Source: a virus (Duplodnaviria; Caudoviricetes). Taken from it: a DNA stretch of 62,864 nucleotides. How positions within the stretch are numbered: the first letter of the stretch is position 1; each line of letters starts with the position of its first letter. Positions 1 to 8,516 of this stretch are shown piece by piece. The notes under the pieces are model-generated. The model did not search any database and had not been told where the DNA came from. It was given only the letters and a program-made list of their open reading frames with translations. The position numbers and the translations under genes are program-made. The stretch lies in IMG/VR virus record IMGVR_UViG_3300032327_001079, positions 1-62,864 of that record; one strand, written 5' to 3'.

Positions 1-1
1 T

Positions 2-682
2 ACATTAGATACAGCATCATTATTAACTTTTTGTGGAGTTGGAAACGGATTTATTACTACATGGTATGATCAAAGTGGGAATATTAAAAACGCAACACAG
101 GCTACTGCAACAAATCAACCACGAATAGTAACATCAGGTTTATATTTAGGTTATTTAATTTTTGATGGTAATGATGATAATTTAATTTCAACAACCGGTT
201 CTTCAATACCTTGGAATGGCTCAACAGGCGCACACATTGTTACAGTTACTTCTCCGAATGTTGGACTTGTAAATGGTGCATTTGACTTTGCAGCAACAGT
301 AAATGTTCCTTTTACAGGTGCGTGGGGAATAATATATCATACTGTTGGACCAACATTTTTAAAATGGAGGTTTGGTACAGGTGAGGTTAATAATGCTGAA
401 CTTTATACAAGAACAAGCTCAACTGCTTTTTGCATAGTTAACACAAATAAAAATAGTTCAACAGAAACACTATACTTAAATAATTCTCTTGTGAAAACTG
501 TAACAGGAAAATTAACTACATTAGCAAATAATTCTCCTACAACTATACACATTTCATTTGCACCATCTGCAGGTGGTTATTGGGGTGGTTTTCAAAAAGA
601 AATAGTAATGTATAATATTAATCAAAGTGCAAATGTTGATGGTATAAATACTAACATCAATTCATTTTACACAATATATTAA
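2..682 (+). CDS. 5'-truncated virion lectin/ConA-like protein (alpha-L-arabinofuranosidase B catalytic-domain-like), paralog of 683..1591
   Basis: Frame 2 is open from the window start (TLDTASLLTFCGVGNGFITTWYDQSGNIKNATQAT...) to TAA at 680-682; the 491..682 track ORF is only its 3' end; ends GINTNINSFYTIY like the next gene. Confidence 0.8.
   Translation, partial: TLDTASLLTFCGVGNGFITTWYDQSGNIKNATQATATNQPRIVTSGLYLGYLIFDGNDDNLISTTGSSIPWNGSTGAHIVTVTSPNVGLVNGAFDFAATVNVPFTGAWGIIYHTVGPTFLKWRFGTGEVNNAELYTRTSSTAFCIVNTNKNSSTETLYLNNSLVKTVTGKLTTLANNSPTTIHISFAPSAGGYWGGFQKEIVMYNINQSANVDGINTNINSFYTIY
4..108 (+). repeat. 105-bp exact direct repeat, copy 1 (copy 2 at 928..1032)
   Basis: attagatacagcatcattattaactttttgtggagttggaaacgg...acaggctactgc is identical at offset 924. 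Confidence 0.95.
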
Positions 683-1591
683 ATGGGAATCGTAATAAGA
701 AATACTAATCAAGGAGGAAGAATAACTTTTAGAGGTTTAGGACTAGGCGGTCGTATTACTTCTGGTTGGCCTGTAGCTTCTACAAGTGCATTATTATTAG
801 ATACCTATCCTGGAGCTGCTGCAGCTTATTCATTAAGAAAATTAAGAACGGCTTATAATGGTTCTGCTATTAGAGTAAGACGCAGTTCTGATAATACTGA
901 GCAAGACATTGGGTTTGTAAACAATGAATTAGATACAGCATCATTATTAACTTTTTGTGGAGTTGGAAACGGATTTATTACTACATGGTATGATCAAAGT
1001 GGGAATATTAAAAACGCAACACAGGCTACTGCTGGAGCTCAACCACAAATAATTAACGGAGGTGTAATTTATACAAAAAATACAAAGCCAAGTATTCTTA
1101 ATAGTTTTACTACATTTTTAGCTTTGCCTTCAACTATTACAGGAACATCTGGAACTTTAATAAATTTATCAGCAACACTTGCTGACCCACCAACTGGTGA
1201 TAATGGCTCTCCATTTGGTTTTTGTACAACTTCAAATGATTCAAGTTATCAACCATTTTCAAACGGTATAATTTATGAAAATTTTGCTTCTACAACAAGA
1301 CAAACAGTAGGAAATCCTACAAATAATACAACTAATTTATATTTATACAATGTAATATCAGATATAAATTTATATAATGTTAAAATTAATAATTTAACAT
1401 TTTTTAATACTACTACAAATAGTGTTGGTTATGGAATACAAAGTCCACGTATAGGTAGGAGTTTTTCTAGCACTTTCGGAAATCAAGGTTTTGTTGGATA
1501 TATAACAGAAATTGTAGTTTATACTAATAATCAAAATTCAAATATTTCAGGAATAAATACAAACATAAACTCATACTATACAATATATTAA
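683..1591 (+). CDS. Virion lectin/ConA-like protein with arabinofuranosidase-B-catalytic-like N-terminal motifs (putative receptor-binding/decoration protein)
   Basis: AAAAYSLRKLRTAYNGSAIRVRRSSDNTEQDIGF and WYDQSGN motifs; LamG-like C-terminus (RIG...GYITEIVVY); T/N/S-rich. Confidence 0.6.
   Translation: MGIVIRNTNQGGRITFRGLGLGGRITSGWPVASTSALLLDTYPGAAAAYSLRKLRTAYNGSAIRVRRSSDNTEQDIGFVNNELDTASLLTFCGVGNGFITTWYDQSGNIKNATQATAGAQPQIINGGVIYTKNTKPSILNSFTTFLALPSTITGTSGTLINLSATLADPPTGDNGSPFGFCTTSNDSSYQPFSNGIIYENFASTTRQTVGNPTNNTTNLYLYNVISDINLYNVKINNLTFFNTTTNSVGYGIQSPRIGRSFSSTFGNQGFVGYITEIVVYTNNQNSNISGINTNINSYYTIY
928..1032 (+). repeat. 105-bp exact direct repeat, copy 2
   Basis: Identical to 4..108. 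Confidence 0.95.
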
Positions 1592-1592
1592 T

Positions 1593-1853
1593 ATGCAATA
1601 TTTAATCTACCCATCACACGAATTAGCAGATCAAAGATCATATGACATAGCAGATGAACAAGGCTGTACAAATGATGTAACAACTCATTGGTTTGGAATT
1701 GTAGATCATCCAACTAGTGGAGAATCAGCAATGCAAATATCAGATGGTGAAGAAGACAAACTTACCTTAGAAGAACAATCTCAACTAGTATCACAACAAT
1801 TCATGGATGATAATGGATGGTTTCCTCCAATATCTCCATTTGGATTAAATTAA
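1593..1853 (+). CDS. Small acidic hypothetical protein (possible fibre-associated protein)
   Basis: 86-aa ORF tightly coupled to the upstream gene. Confidence 0.6.
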   Translation: MQYLIYPSHELADQRSYDIADEQGCTNDVTTHWFGIVDHPTSGESAMQISDGEEDKLTLEEQSQLVSQQFMDDNGWFPPISPFGLN

Positions 1854-1860
1854 TATTTAT
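1853..1860 (+). promoter_or_regulatory. ATATTTAT box (putative phage late promoter)
   Basis: One of 15 exact copies located just upstream of gene starts. Confidence 0.55.
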
Positions 1861-1867
1861 ATAAGAC

Positions 1868-2917
1868 ATGCCAATAATACAAAAAAGAAGTCTCACATCA
1901 GGATCAATACCTACTACAGCATCTTTAGCTGTTGGAGAAATAGCTATGAATATTCCTGATGGTAGGATATATCTTAGAAAATCAGGAAGTGGATCAGACA
2001 CAATACAATCTGCAATAACTACTGGAGCTCAAAACTCTGGAAGTATATTTTTAACTGGATCTTTAAGTATATCAGGAACCGGAAGTGTGTTTGATGTAGC
2101 AGGAGATGTTTTAGAATTCTCTGGAGATCAAATGGAATTTACAGGATCATTTATAACTACTGGATCTTTAAGAGTAATAGGAGATACTACAATAACTGGA
2201 TCATTAAGAGTTTCTGGAAGCATTACTGGTTCTTTACTAGGAACTGCTTCATTTTCAACTTCCTCTTCATTTGCAAATACAGCATCATTTGCAACATCAG
2301 CTTCTTGGTCAACTTCCCAATTCCCATACACAGGCTCTGCAATTGTTTCAGGTAGTTTAATTGTGACTGGATCAGTTAATATTACAGGATCTCTATTATT
2401 AAATGGATCACCTGTTGTAACAGGTCAAATAATACTAACTGCAGGTGGTGGATGGCCGTCTGTTACATCAGGATCTAATATACCAGTAATAACAGAAACT
2501 ACAACTAATAGAGTTAACTTCTATTATATAGGTTTTCCTGATACTATTCAAACATTTGCAAACTGGTCAATGCCAATGCCATCGGATTACAATGGTGGTA
2601 CAATAACTGCGGTATTCTATTGGGTAGCAGGTAATGCATCAACAAATAGTGTTCGTTGGGGATTGCAAGCTAGGGCATTTGCTGATGGTAACCTTATTGA
2701 TCAAGCATTCGGAACTGCTCAAGAGGTTACAGACGCAAATCAAGCAAATGATTCTGTTAATATTTCCGCAGCAACTCCGGCAATTACAATTGGGGGTACT
2801 CCTGCTGCAAGTAACTTCGTACAATTTAGAGCTTATAGAAACCCGGGAGATGCTGCTGATACCTTAGCAGCAACAGCAGAATTACTATCAATAAGAATAA
2901 CATATACAAGAGCTTAA
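1868..2917 (+). CDS. Tail/capsid fibre-like structural protein with TGS/SGS repeats
   Basis: N-terminal KRS..G..P...L..GEIA.N..DG.IY fibre attachment-type motif; about 15 [S/T]GS repeats; beta-rich C-terminal domain. Confidence 0.65.
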   Translation: MPIIQKRSLTSGSIPTTASLAVGEIAMNIPDGRIYLRKSGSGSDTIQSAITTGAQNSGSIFLTGSLSISGTGSVFDVAGDVLEFSGDQMEFTGSFITTGSLRVIGDTTITGSLRVSGSITGSLLGTASFSTSSSFANTASFATSASWSTSQFPYTGSAIVSGSLIVTGSVNITGSLLLNGSPVVTGQIILTAGGGWPSVTSGSNIPVITETTTNRVNFYYIGFPDTIQTFANWSMPMPSDYNGGTITAVFYWVAGNASTNSVRWGLQARAFADGNLIDQAFGTAQEVTDANQANDSVNISAATPAITIGGTPAASNFVQFRAYRNPGDAADTLAATAELLSIRITYTRA

Positions 2918-2920
2918 AAT

Positions 2921-4213
2921 ATGGCATTAGATTTTGCACATGGTTCGGTTCAATGGTTAACAACAGACGCACTTTTAGTTAGTAAAGTTGTTACCGGATT
3001 AGGATTTACACCTAAAGCATTAAGGTTTTATTGGGTTGGTTTACAATCTAACTCACCAACAAATGGTGTTTCAGGTGCTGTAAATGAAAGAAGAGGTGTT
3101 GGATTTGCGGTAAGTAATACGAGTAGAAGATGTGTTGGTACTTTTGCAGAGGATAATAACAATGCTGCTTCTAATGATGGTTCAGTTGCTGCAAATGATT
3201 GTGTTGTTATAACTGTTGATGGAGCTGGTGTCATTGATGGAAAATTAGACATATTTAGTTTTGACGCAGATGGATTTAATTTAATTGTAAGGGACGTAAC
3301 ACCAGCAAACATTACAGTATTTTGGGAAGCTTGGGGCGGTCAAGATATTACAGCTGCGGTGGTAGGAGACATTGCAGAACCGGCAGCCACAGGAACACAA
3401 AACTATACCGTGACTGGTTTTACTAGCGACGGACTAAATCAATGTGTTATGTTTGCCGGAGTACAATCCGTAAGTGCACTTAATACAGGTGAAGGTCAGG
3501 ATTCTGGTTTATGCGTGGGTTTTGCAAGTTCTACTTCATCAACAAATAATGTTGTTGTAGTTGGAAACGCAGATGATAACTCTGCTACAGGTGATACAGA
3601 CGGATATTGTATACAAGGAGAATGTTTAGCGCAAATTGTTATTGCTGGTGGTAACCCAAATGCAAGGGCCACCCTTTCAGCATGGGGAACGGATTTATTT
3701 ACTCTTAACTGGCTTGCAAGGGCAACTACAAATAGAAGAAATATATTTTTAGCAATAAAGGGTGGAAGTTGGAGAGCATCTTCATATACAATTGCAGGTA
3801 ATACATTAAATTCAACTACTACAGTTTCTGAATTACCTTTTTTCTTAAGAGGTCTATCTCTTATTGGTAGGATGACAGTACAAAACACTGCTGGAGTTTC
3901 AACAGCCCAAGATAGAATTAGTTTCGGAAGTGGATTATCAACCACTTCAAGAAATTCTGCGGGAATTTTAGATAATGATCTCGCAGACCCATCGGAAATA
4001 GGTACAATTGTGCGATATGATTCTGTTCTATCTTTTCCAACTAATGTTGGAGCTGTTCAAGCAACTTATGATATAAATGCGTTTAATGTAAACCAATTTC
4101 AAATTATTGTTGATACCGCTGGTGGTGTTGCAAATGAGTTTCACGGATATTTAGCATTCGGTGATACAATGTACCCAAGAATTCAAGGTGTTGGACATCC
4201 ATTTACGATTTAA
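2921..4213 (+). CDS. Putative virion structural protein (beta-rich, G/T/A/V-rich)
   Basis: 430-aa ORF in the fibre cluster; VTGLGFTPKA-type motif; composition. Confidence 0.5.
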   Translation: MALDFAHGSVQWLTTDALLVSKVVTGLGFTPKALRFYWVGLQSNSPTNGVSGAVNERRGVGFAVSNTSRRCVGTFAEDNNNAASNDGSVAANDCVVITVDGAGVIDGKLDIFSFDADGFNLIVRDVTPANITVFWEAWGGQDITAAVVGDIAEPAATGTQNYTVTGFTSDGLNQCVMFAGVQSVSALNTGEGQDSGLCVGFASSTSSTNNVVVVGNADDNSATGDTDGYCIQGECLAQIVIAGGNPNARATLSAWGTDLFTLNWLARATTNRRNIFLAIKGGSWRASSYTIAGNTLNSTTTVSELPFFLRGLSLIGRMTVQNTAGVSTAQDRISFGSGLSTTSRNSAGILDNDLADPSEIGTIVRYDSVLSFPTNVGAVQATYDINAFNVNQFQIIVDTAGGVANEFHGYLAFGDTMYPRIQGVGHPFTI

Positions 4214-4225
4214 AAATATAACAAT

Positions 4226-4501
4226 ATGAGTTACACTACAAATGATTTTATTTACATTAGAACAGAAGAATATCCTGAAGATTTTACAAAAGAGGTATTT
4301 TTTGAGTATATGAATTTTGTTTATTCTGTTAGATGTTTTGAAAACATAATTCAATATATAGGAGGACAAAGACATAATGAACTATTAACAAATGGAGACA
4401 TTCCTACCTATGAACAAGGCTTAGAACATGACCTCAGAAGAGAACTCTATAATGGAGATCATCAACCACTACAAGAATGGATAGATAGAAATAGTTACTA
4501 A
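4226..4501 (+). CDS. Hypothetical protein
   Basis: 91-aa ORF with A-rich leader. Confidence 0.6.
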   Translation: MSYTTNDFIYIRTEEYPEDFTKEVFFEYMNFVYSVRCFENIIQYIGGQRHNELLTNGDIPTYEQGLEHDLRRELYNGDHQPLQEWIDRNSY

Positions 4502-4544
4502 TGAAATAATTGTATATGTATATCTGATACAATAAAATCATATA

Positions 4545-6617
4545 ATGGGACAATCCGTTAATTTAATTAGATACGGTGGTAATGCTGTTTTAAATACACT
4601 ACAAGTAAATCTTACATCAAGCAACTCGGCAACTCGAGTTGTTGTTGCAGATAACAATGGTAACTTTTTCTATACCTCTTCATTTAGTGGAGGTGGTGGT
4701 GGTGTAACTACATTATCTGTAGTAAACGCAAATGGATTTGCAGGATCTGTAGCTAATCCAACAACAACACCTGCGATTACATTATCAACAACCATTACTG
4801 GATTATTAAAAGGTAATGGTACTGCAATATCGGCAGCAACATTAGGAACAGACTATATATCATCAACTGTTGGAACGGCATCTTGGTCTCAAAATGCAAT
4901 AAACGTTTTAGGAGGTTCTGCAAACTATATTACTAGGTGGTCTAGTTCAACAACATTAACTACCGGATCTATTTATGATAATGGAACTAATGTTGGTATA
5001 GGTACTATAACACCAAGTGCTAAATTAGATGTAGTAGGAATTACTAAAATTACAAAAAATGCTGCTAATCTTCAATTATCAGGTAGTGACCATGTATATA
5101 TAGAATTCTACCCAACAAATTCACTTAATAGACAAGCATATTTTGGTTTTCCTAGTCCTGGATCTAAGGATTTTTATATGACTAATGAATCTACAAACGG
5201 TCATATAGTATTAATACCGGGCAGTAGCGGTAATGTTGGTATAGGTGCTACAGCTCCTGCTGCTAAACTTGAAATTAAATCATCAGCTGCAAATAATTTA
5301 GGCGGATTATTATTACGAGCTACTTCAACATCTAATTTTCCTGCACTACTATATGAAAATTCAAGTAATGGTGGAACATTAGATCTTTATAATGTTGCCT
5401 CATTAACAACAAGAATTAATTCTAATGGGGGTTCTTATTTTAATGGTGGTAATGTTGGTATAGGAACTATTACTCCTTCTTATAAACTTCACGTCGCTGA
5501 TTCTGCATTTCCTGCAATGGGGATATTTCGTGATGTGGATGTTACTTCTGTTGGACCAGCAGGACAAATTATAGAAATTGGAGCTAGAAGTGGTTCTAAT
5601 TTTATACCTGCGGTTTCTATTATTGGAGGATTAGACAACCCAGGATCAACTGGTAATTTAACTTTTCAAACTCGTACTGCTAATGTACTTACTTCAAAAA
5701 TGTTTATTTCTACTAATGGAAATATTGGTATAGGTAATACAAGTCCTTTACAAAAACTTCATATAACACAAGCAGTAGATACTTCTAATCCAACTCTAGG
5801 TATAGGTAAAGGGGCTTTATTTATTGCCGGAGATACAAATCTTTATGGTCTTTATGTTGGAATAAACACATTAACAGGCAATACATATTTTCAAGCAATG
5901 CGTAACAATGCAGCTACCGCTTATGATATATTATTAAACCCAGTAGGAGGTAATGTCGGTATAGGTACTACATCACCATCAGTTAAACTAGAAATAAGTG
6001 GAAGTACTAAAATTAATAAAGTTGTAAGTAATTCAAATCCAACACCTATACTTAGTGTAACTGGAAGTTTTAATACTACTGGAGAAGCTACAGCATTAGA
6101 TATAGATGTCTATAATTTAGTTAGTTTAACTTCTTCTTTAATGAATGTTAAAGAAAATGGAGTTAGTGTATTTAGAGTAAGATCTGACGGCCCAACATTT
6201 TTAAGTTCGGAATTAGAAGTTGCTAATAATATAATAATAAAATCACCCGGTTCTTATCTATGGCTCAATGACACAGTTTCAAGCAATAAAGGATATTTAA
6301 TCTCAACTGGTAATTCAGTTTTTTCGATATATGAGGATGAAACTTATGGAGGTTTACAATTAGATTCTCTAGCAAATTTATCAGTAGGTGGTAATATAAC
6401 AGGGTCAAACTTATTAGCACAAAATGGAGGAGTAAAAACATCGGCTCCTATAGGAGGATATACCGCAAAAGTTTGGAAACTTGGTGATCCCACAACAGGT
6501 ACTTGTATACCTAGTAATTTTGCCGAATTTAGTAGTTGGTTTACGGGTACGGTAATATCAATAGAAGTAGATGGAAATACATATCTTATCCCAGCAGTAA
6601 CTCCAAATTATTGTTAA
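4545..6617 (+). CDS. Tail fibre-like protein with five GNVGIGT..P..KL repeats
   Basis: Five N[VI]GIG.T.P..KL[DEH][IV]-type repeats separating variable beta modules. Confidence 0.7.
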   Translation: MGQSVNLIRYGGNAVLNTLQVNLTSSNSATRVVVADNNGNFFYTSSFSGGGGGVTTLSVVNANGFAGSVANPTTTPAITLSTTITGLLKGNGTAISAATLGTDYISSTVGTASWSQNAINVLGGSANYITRWSSSTTLTTGSIYDNGTNVGIGTITPSAKLDVVGITKITKNAANLQLSGSDHVYIEFYPTNSLNRQAYFGFPSPGSKDFYMTNESTNGHIVLIPGSSGNVGIGATAPAAKLEIKSSAANNLGGLLLRATSTSNFPALLYENSSNGGTLDLYNVASLTTRINSNGGSYFNGGNVGIGTITPSYKLHVADSAFPAMGIFRDVDVTSVGPAGQIIEIGARSGSNFIPAVSIIGGLDNPGSTGNLTFQTRTANVLTSKMFISTNGNIGIGNTSPLQKLHITQAVDTSNPTLGIGKGALFIAGDTNLYGLYVGINTLTGNTYFQAMRNNAATAYDILLNPVGGNVGIGTTSPSVKLEISGSTKINKVVSNSNPTPILSVTGSFNTTGEATALDIDVYNLVSLTSSLMNVKENGVSVFRVRSDGPTFLSSELEVANNIIIKSPGSYLWLNDTVSSNKGYLISTGNSVFSIYEDETYGGLQLDSLANLSVGGNITGSNLLAQNGGVKTSAPIGGYTAKVWKLGDPTTGTCIPSNFAEFSSWFTGTVISIEVDGNTYLIPAVTPNYC

Positions 6618-6636
6618 CAATTAAAAATAAATAAAA

Positions 6637-6987
6637 ATGGCATTAGACATTACTTACAATTGGAATTTTAATCCCTTAGAATCTTACCCCACAGCATCCG
6701 GAGAAACAGATGTAGTATTTTTAGTGCATTGGCAACTGTATGCATCTACAGGATCATATAGTGCCTCTAATATTGGTGTTCAATCTATTGCTACCCTAGA
6801 ATCAGGATCTGCATTCATTCCATTCAATGAATTAACTAAAGATATTGTATATGGTTGGGTTACTTCATCTATGGGTTCTGAAAGTATAGATAGAATGTAT
6901 GCTGGATTAGCTGCAAGTATTGAAAATCAAATTAACCCTCCTGTATTAGTGCAACAAGCACCGTGGCTACCAACAGGTTCAATCTAA
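6637..6987 (+). CDS. Small fibre-associated phage protein
   Basis: ITYNW...VVFLVHW...FIPFNELT...V.GWV...IENQINPP...PW pattern typical of small genes following phage fibres. Confidence 0.55.
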   Translation: MALDITYNWNFNPLESYPTASGETDVVFLVHWQLYASTGSYSASNIGVQSIATLESGSAFIPFNELTKDIVYGWVTSSMGSESIDRMYAGLAASIENQINPPVLVQQAPWLPTGSI

Positions 6988-6991
6988 TAGT

Positions 6992-7180
6992 ATGTATAAA
7001 GTTATAATGCAATTTATCCCTGGTAACGACCAGATTTGGGTATCTAGATTATCTCCTGATGATCCTGAATATATTTACGATATAGAACAAGAAGCTATAG
7101 ATAAAGCAGCTGAATTACAGGCTGCTGATTCAACAGGAAGACAATATAAATCTACTGAAATAAATTTGGTTGTTTTATAA
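6992..7180 (+). CDS. Hypothetical protein
   Basis: 62-aa ORF, coupled to neighbours. Confidence 0.55.
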   Translation: MYKVIMQFIPGNDQIWVSRLSPDDPEYIYDIEQEAIDKAAELQAADSTGRQYKSTEINLVVL

Positions 7181-7197
7181 AAATATTATATATTTAT
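7165..7197 (+). promoter_or_regulatory. Bacteroidota-type -33/-7 promoter overlapping an ATATTTAT box
   Basis: TTTG 7165-7168, 20-nt spacer, TATATTTA 7189-7196. Confidence 0.5.
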
Positions 7198-7222
7198 ATA
7201 TATAAAACAAAAAATAAAATTT

Positions 7223-7471
7223 ATGACATTTCTTATTAGTGCGATCGTTATTATTTCCGCTGTCGCTGCATTTGTATTAATTAAAAAACAACCTAAAGCA
7301 GTTGTAGAACAACCCGCTACCCCTACTGTAGTAGAACCCGTAGTAGAAGTAGAGCCCGTAGTAACAGTTGAAGAAGTAGAACCAACTGAACCCGTAGCAG
7401 ATTTACAAGAAGTTAAAGCTGAACCTAAAAAGAAAAAAACCGCTACTAAACCAGTAAAAAAAGATAAATAA
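7223..7471 (+). CDS. Small membrane-anchored protein, P/V/E-rich with Lys-rich tail
   Basis: N-terminal hydrophobic helix, VVEP repeats, KKKK tail. Confidence 0.65.
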   Translation: MTFLISAIVIISAVAAFVLIKKQPKAVVEQPATPTVVEPVVEVEPVVTVEEVEPTEPVADLQEVKAEPKKKKTATKPVKKDK

Positions 7472-7474
7472 TAT

Positions 7475-7936
7475 ATGGAAAAAGTTACATTAAAGTTACA
7501 AGAATTTTATCAATTAAATACTGAATTAAACGGTTTTGTAAACCAACAAACAGGAGAAACATTATCTGCGGGTTTATTAACGGAGCGAGTAAAATTAACT
7601 ACTAAGTATTGGTTAGCTGATTTAGCTAAAAAAATTGCAGCTGAAAAAGAATCAATCGATAAACTTAGAGAAGAACTTGTTAAAAAGTACGGTGTAGAAG
7701 AAAATGGCAATATTAATATTCCTATCTATATCAACGAAGTAATCGATGATGAAACTAAAGAAGTAGTTTCTCGTGAAATAAACCCTAATTTCATCTCATT
7801 TCAAACTGATTTTAATACCTTACTTCAAGAAGAACGCGAACTAGAATACCACCCATTCAAATTAGAAGAATTTGAAAACGTAGAAACAGAAGATGTTTAT
7901 GTTACATTTTTTAAACTAATTCAAGTAGGTGAATAA
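7475..7936 (+). CDS. Hypothetical phage protein (DUF1617-like helical)
   Basis: 153-aa acidic helical ORF; resemblance by eye only. Confidence 0.5.
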   Translation: MEKVTLKLQEFYQLNTELNGFVNQQTGETLSAGLLTERVKLTTKYWLADLAKKIAAEKESIDKLREELVKKYGVEENGNINIPIYINEVIDDETKEVVSREINPNFISFQTDFNTLLQEERELEYHPFKLEEFENVETEDVYVTFFKLIQVGE

Positions 7937-8162
7937 AATATCCGAAATATTTAAGTCGTGGGTAACTGCGGCTAATCCCTCCCCTGAAGAACAAGCGATA
8001 GCCCAATATAGGGCTAACGTTTGTGATTCATGTGACAAAAAAACACACGCCCCTGTACTTAACACATTTATATGTGGTGAGTGTGGATGTCCTTTAAGTC
8101 GCAAAGTATTTAGTCCTAAACCAGGTAAAGAAGCTTGCCCATTAGCTAAATGGGAAATATAA
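7929..8162 (+). CDS. Small Cys-rich putative metal-binding protein
   Basis: CDSC...CGECGCPL...CPLAKW; GTG start. Confidence 0.65.
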   Translation: MNKISEIFKSWVTAANPSPEEQAIAQYRANVCDSCDKKTHAPVLNTFICGECGCPLSRKVFSPKPGKEACPLAKWEI

Positions 8163-8171
8163 AATAACGTT

Positions 8172-8438
8172 ATGGCACAATTAACTCCTGAAGAATTAAA
8201 GTCAATTAAAGACCTTCAATCAAAGTACAACCAAACCATATTTGAAATTGGTGTAGCTGAAGCGCAACGTATCGCTTTGCAAGAGCAAGTTGATAAACTT
8301 CAAAGCAACAAAGTAGAATTAGTAAATGATCTAGCTACAATCGAAAAGCAAGAATCTGATCTAGTAACATCACTCCAAACTAAATATGGTAATGGGGCTA
8401 TCAACCCAGAAACTGGGGACATAACACCGGCCCAATAA
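8172..8438 (+). CDS. Coiled-coil phage protein
   Basis: Heptad pattern ending KYG.G.INPETG. Confidence 0.65.
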   Translation: MAQLTPEELKSIKDLQSKYNQTIFEIGVAEAQRIALQEQVDKLQSNKVELVNDLATIEKQESDLVTSLQTKYGNGAINPETGDITPAQ

Positions 8439-8465
8439 TACTCTGCGGTTTGTAATTATTTTTGG

Positions 8466-8473
8466 ATATTTAT
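8466..8473 (+). promoter_or_regulatory. ATATTTAT box upstream of tail sheath
   Basis: Recurrent motif; followed by small hairpin ATAGG-ttaat-CCTAT. Confidence 0.55.
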
Positions 8474-8516
8474 CGATAGGTTAATCCTATTAAATTTTTA
8501 AAAACAATTATACAAA

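Noticed and set aside
1-1591. Diversity-generating retroelement TR/VR pair
   Set aside because: The repeat copies are identical rather than differing at adenines, and no reverse transcriptase is present in the window
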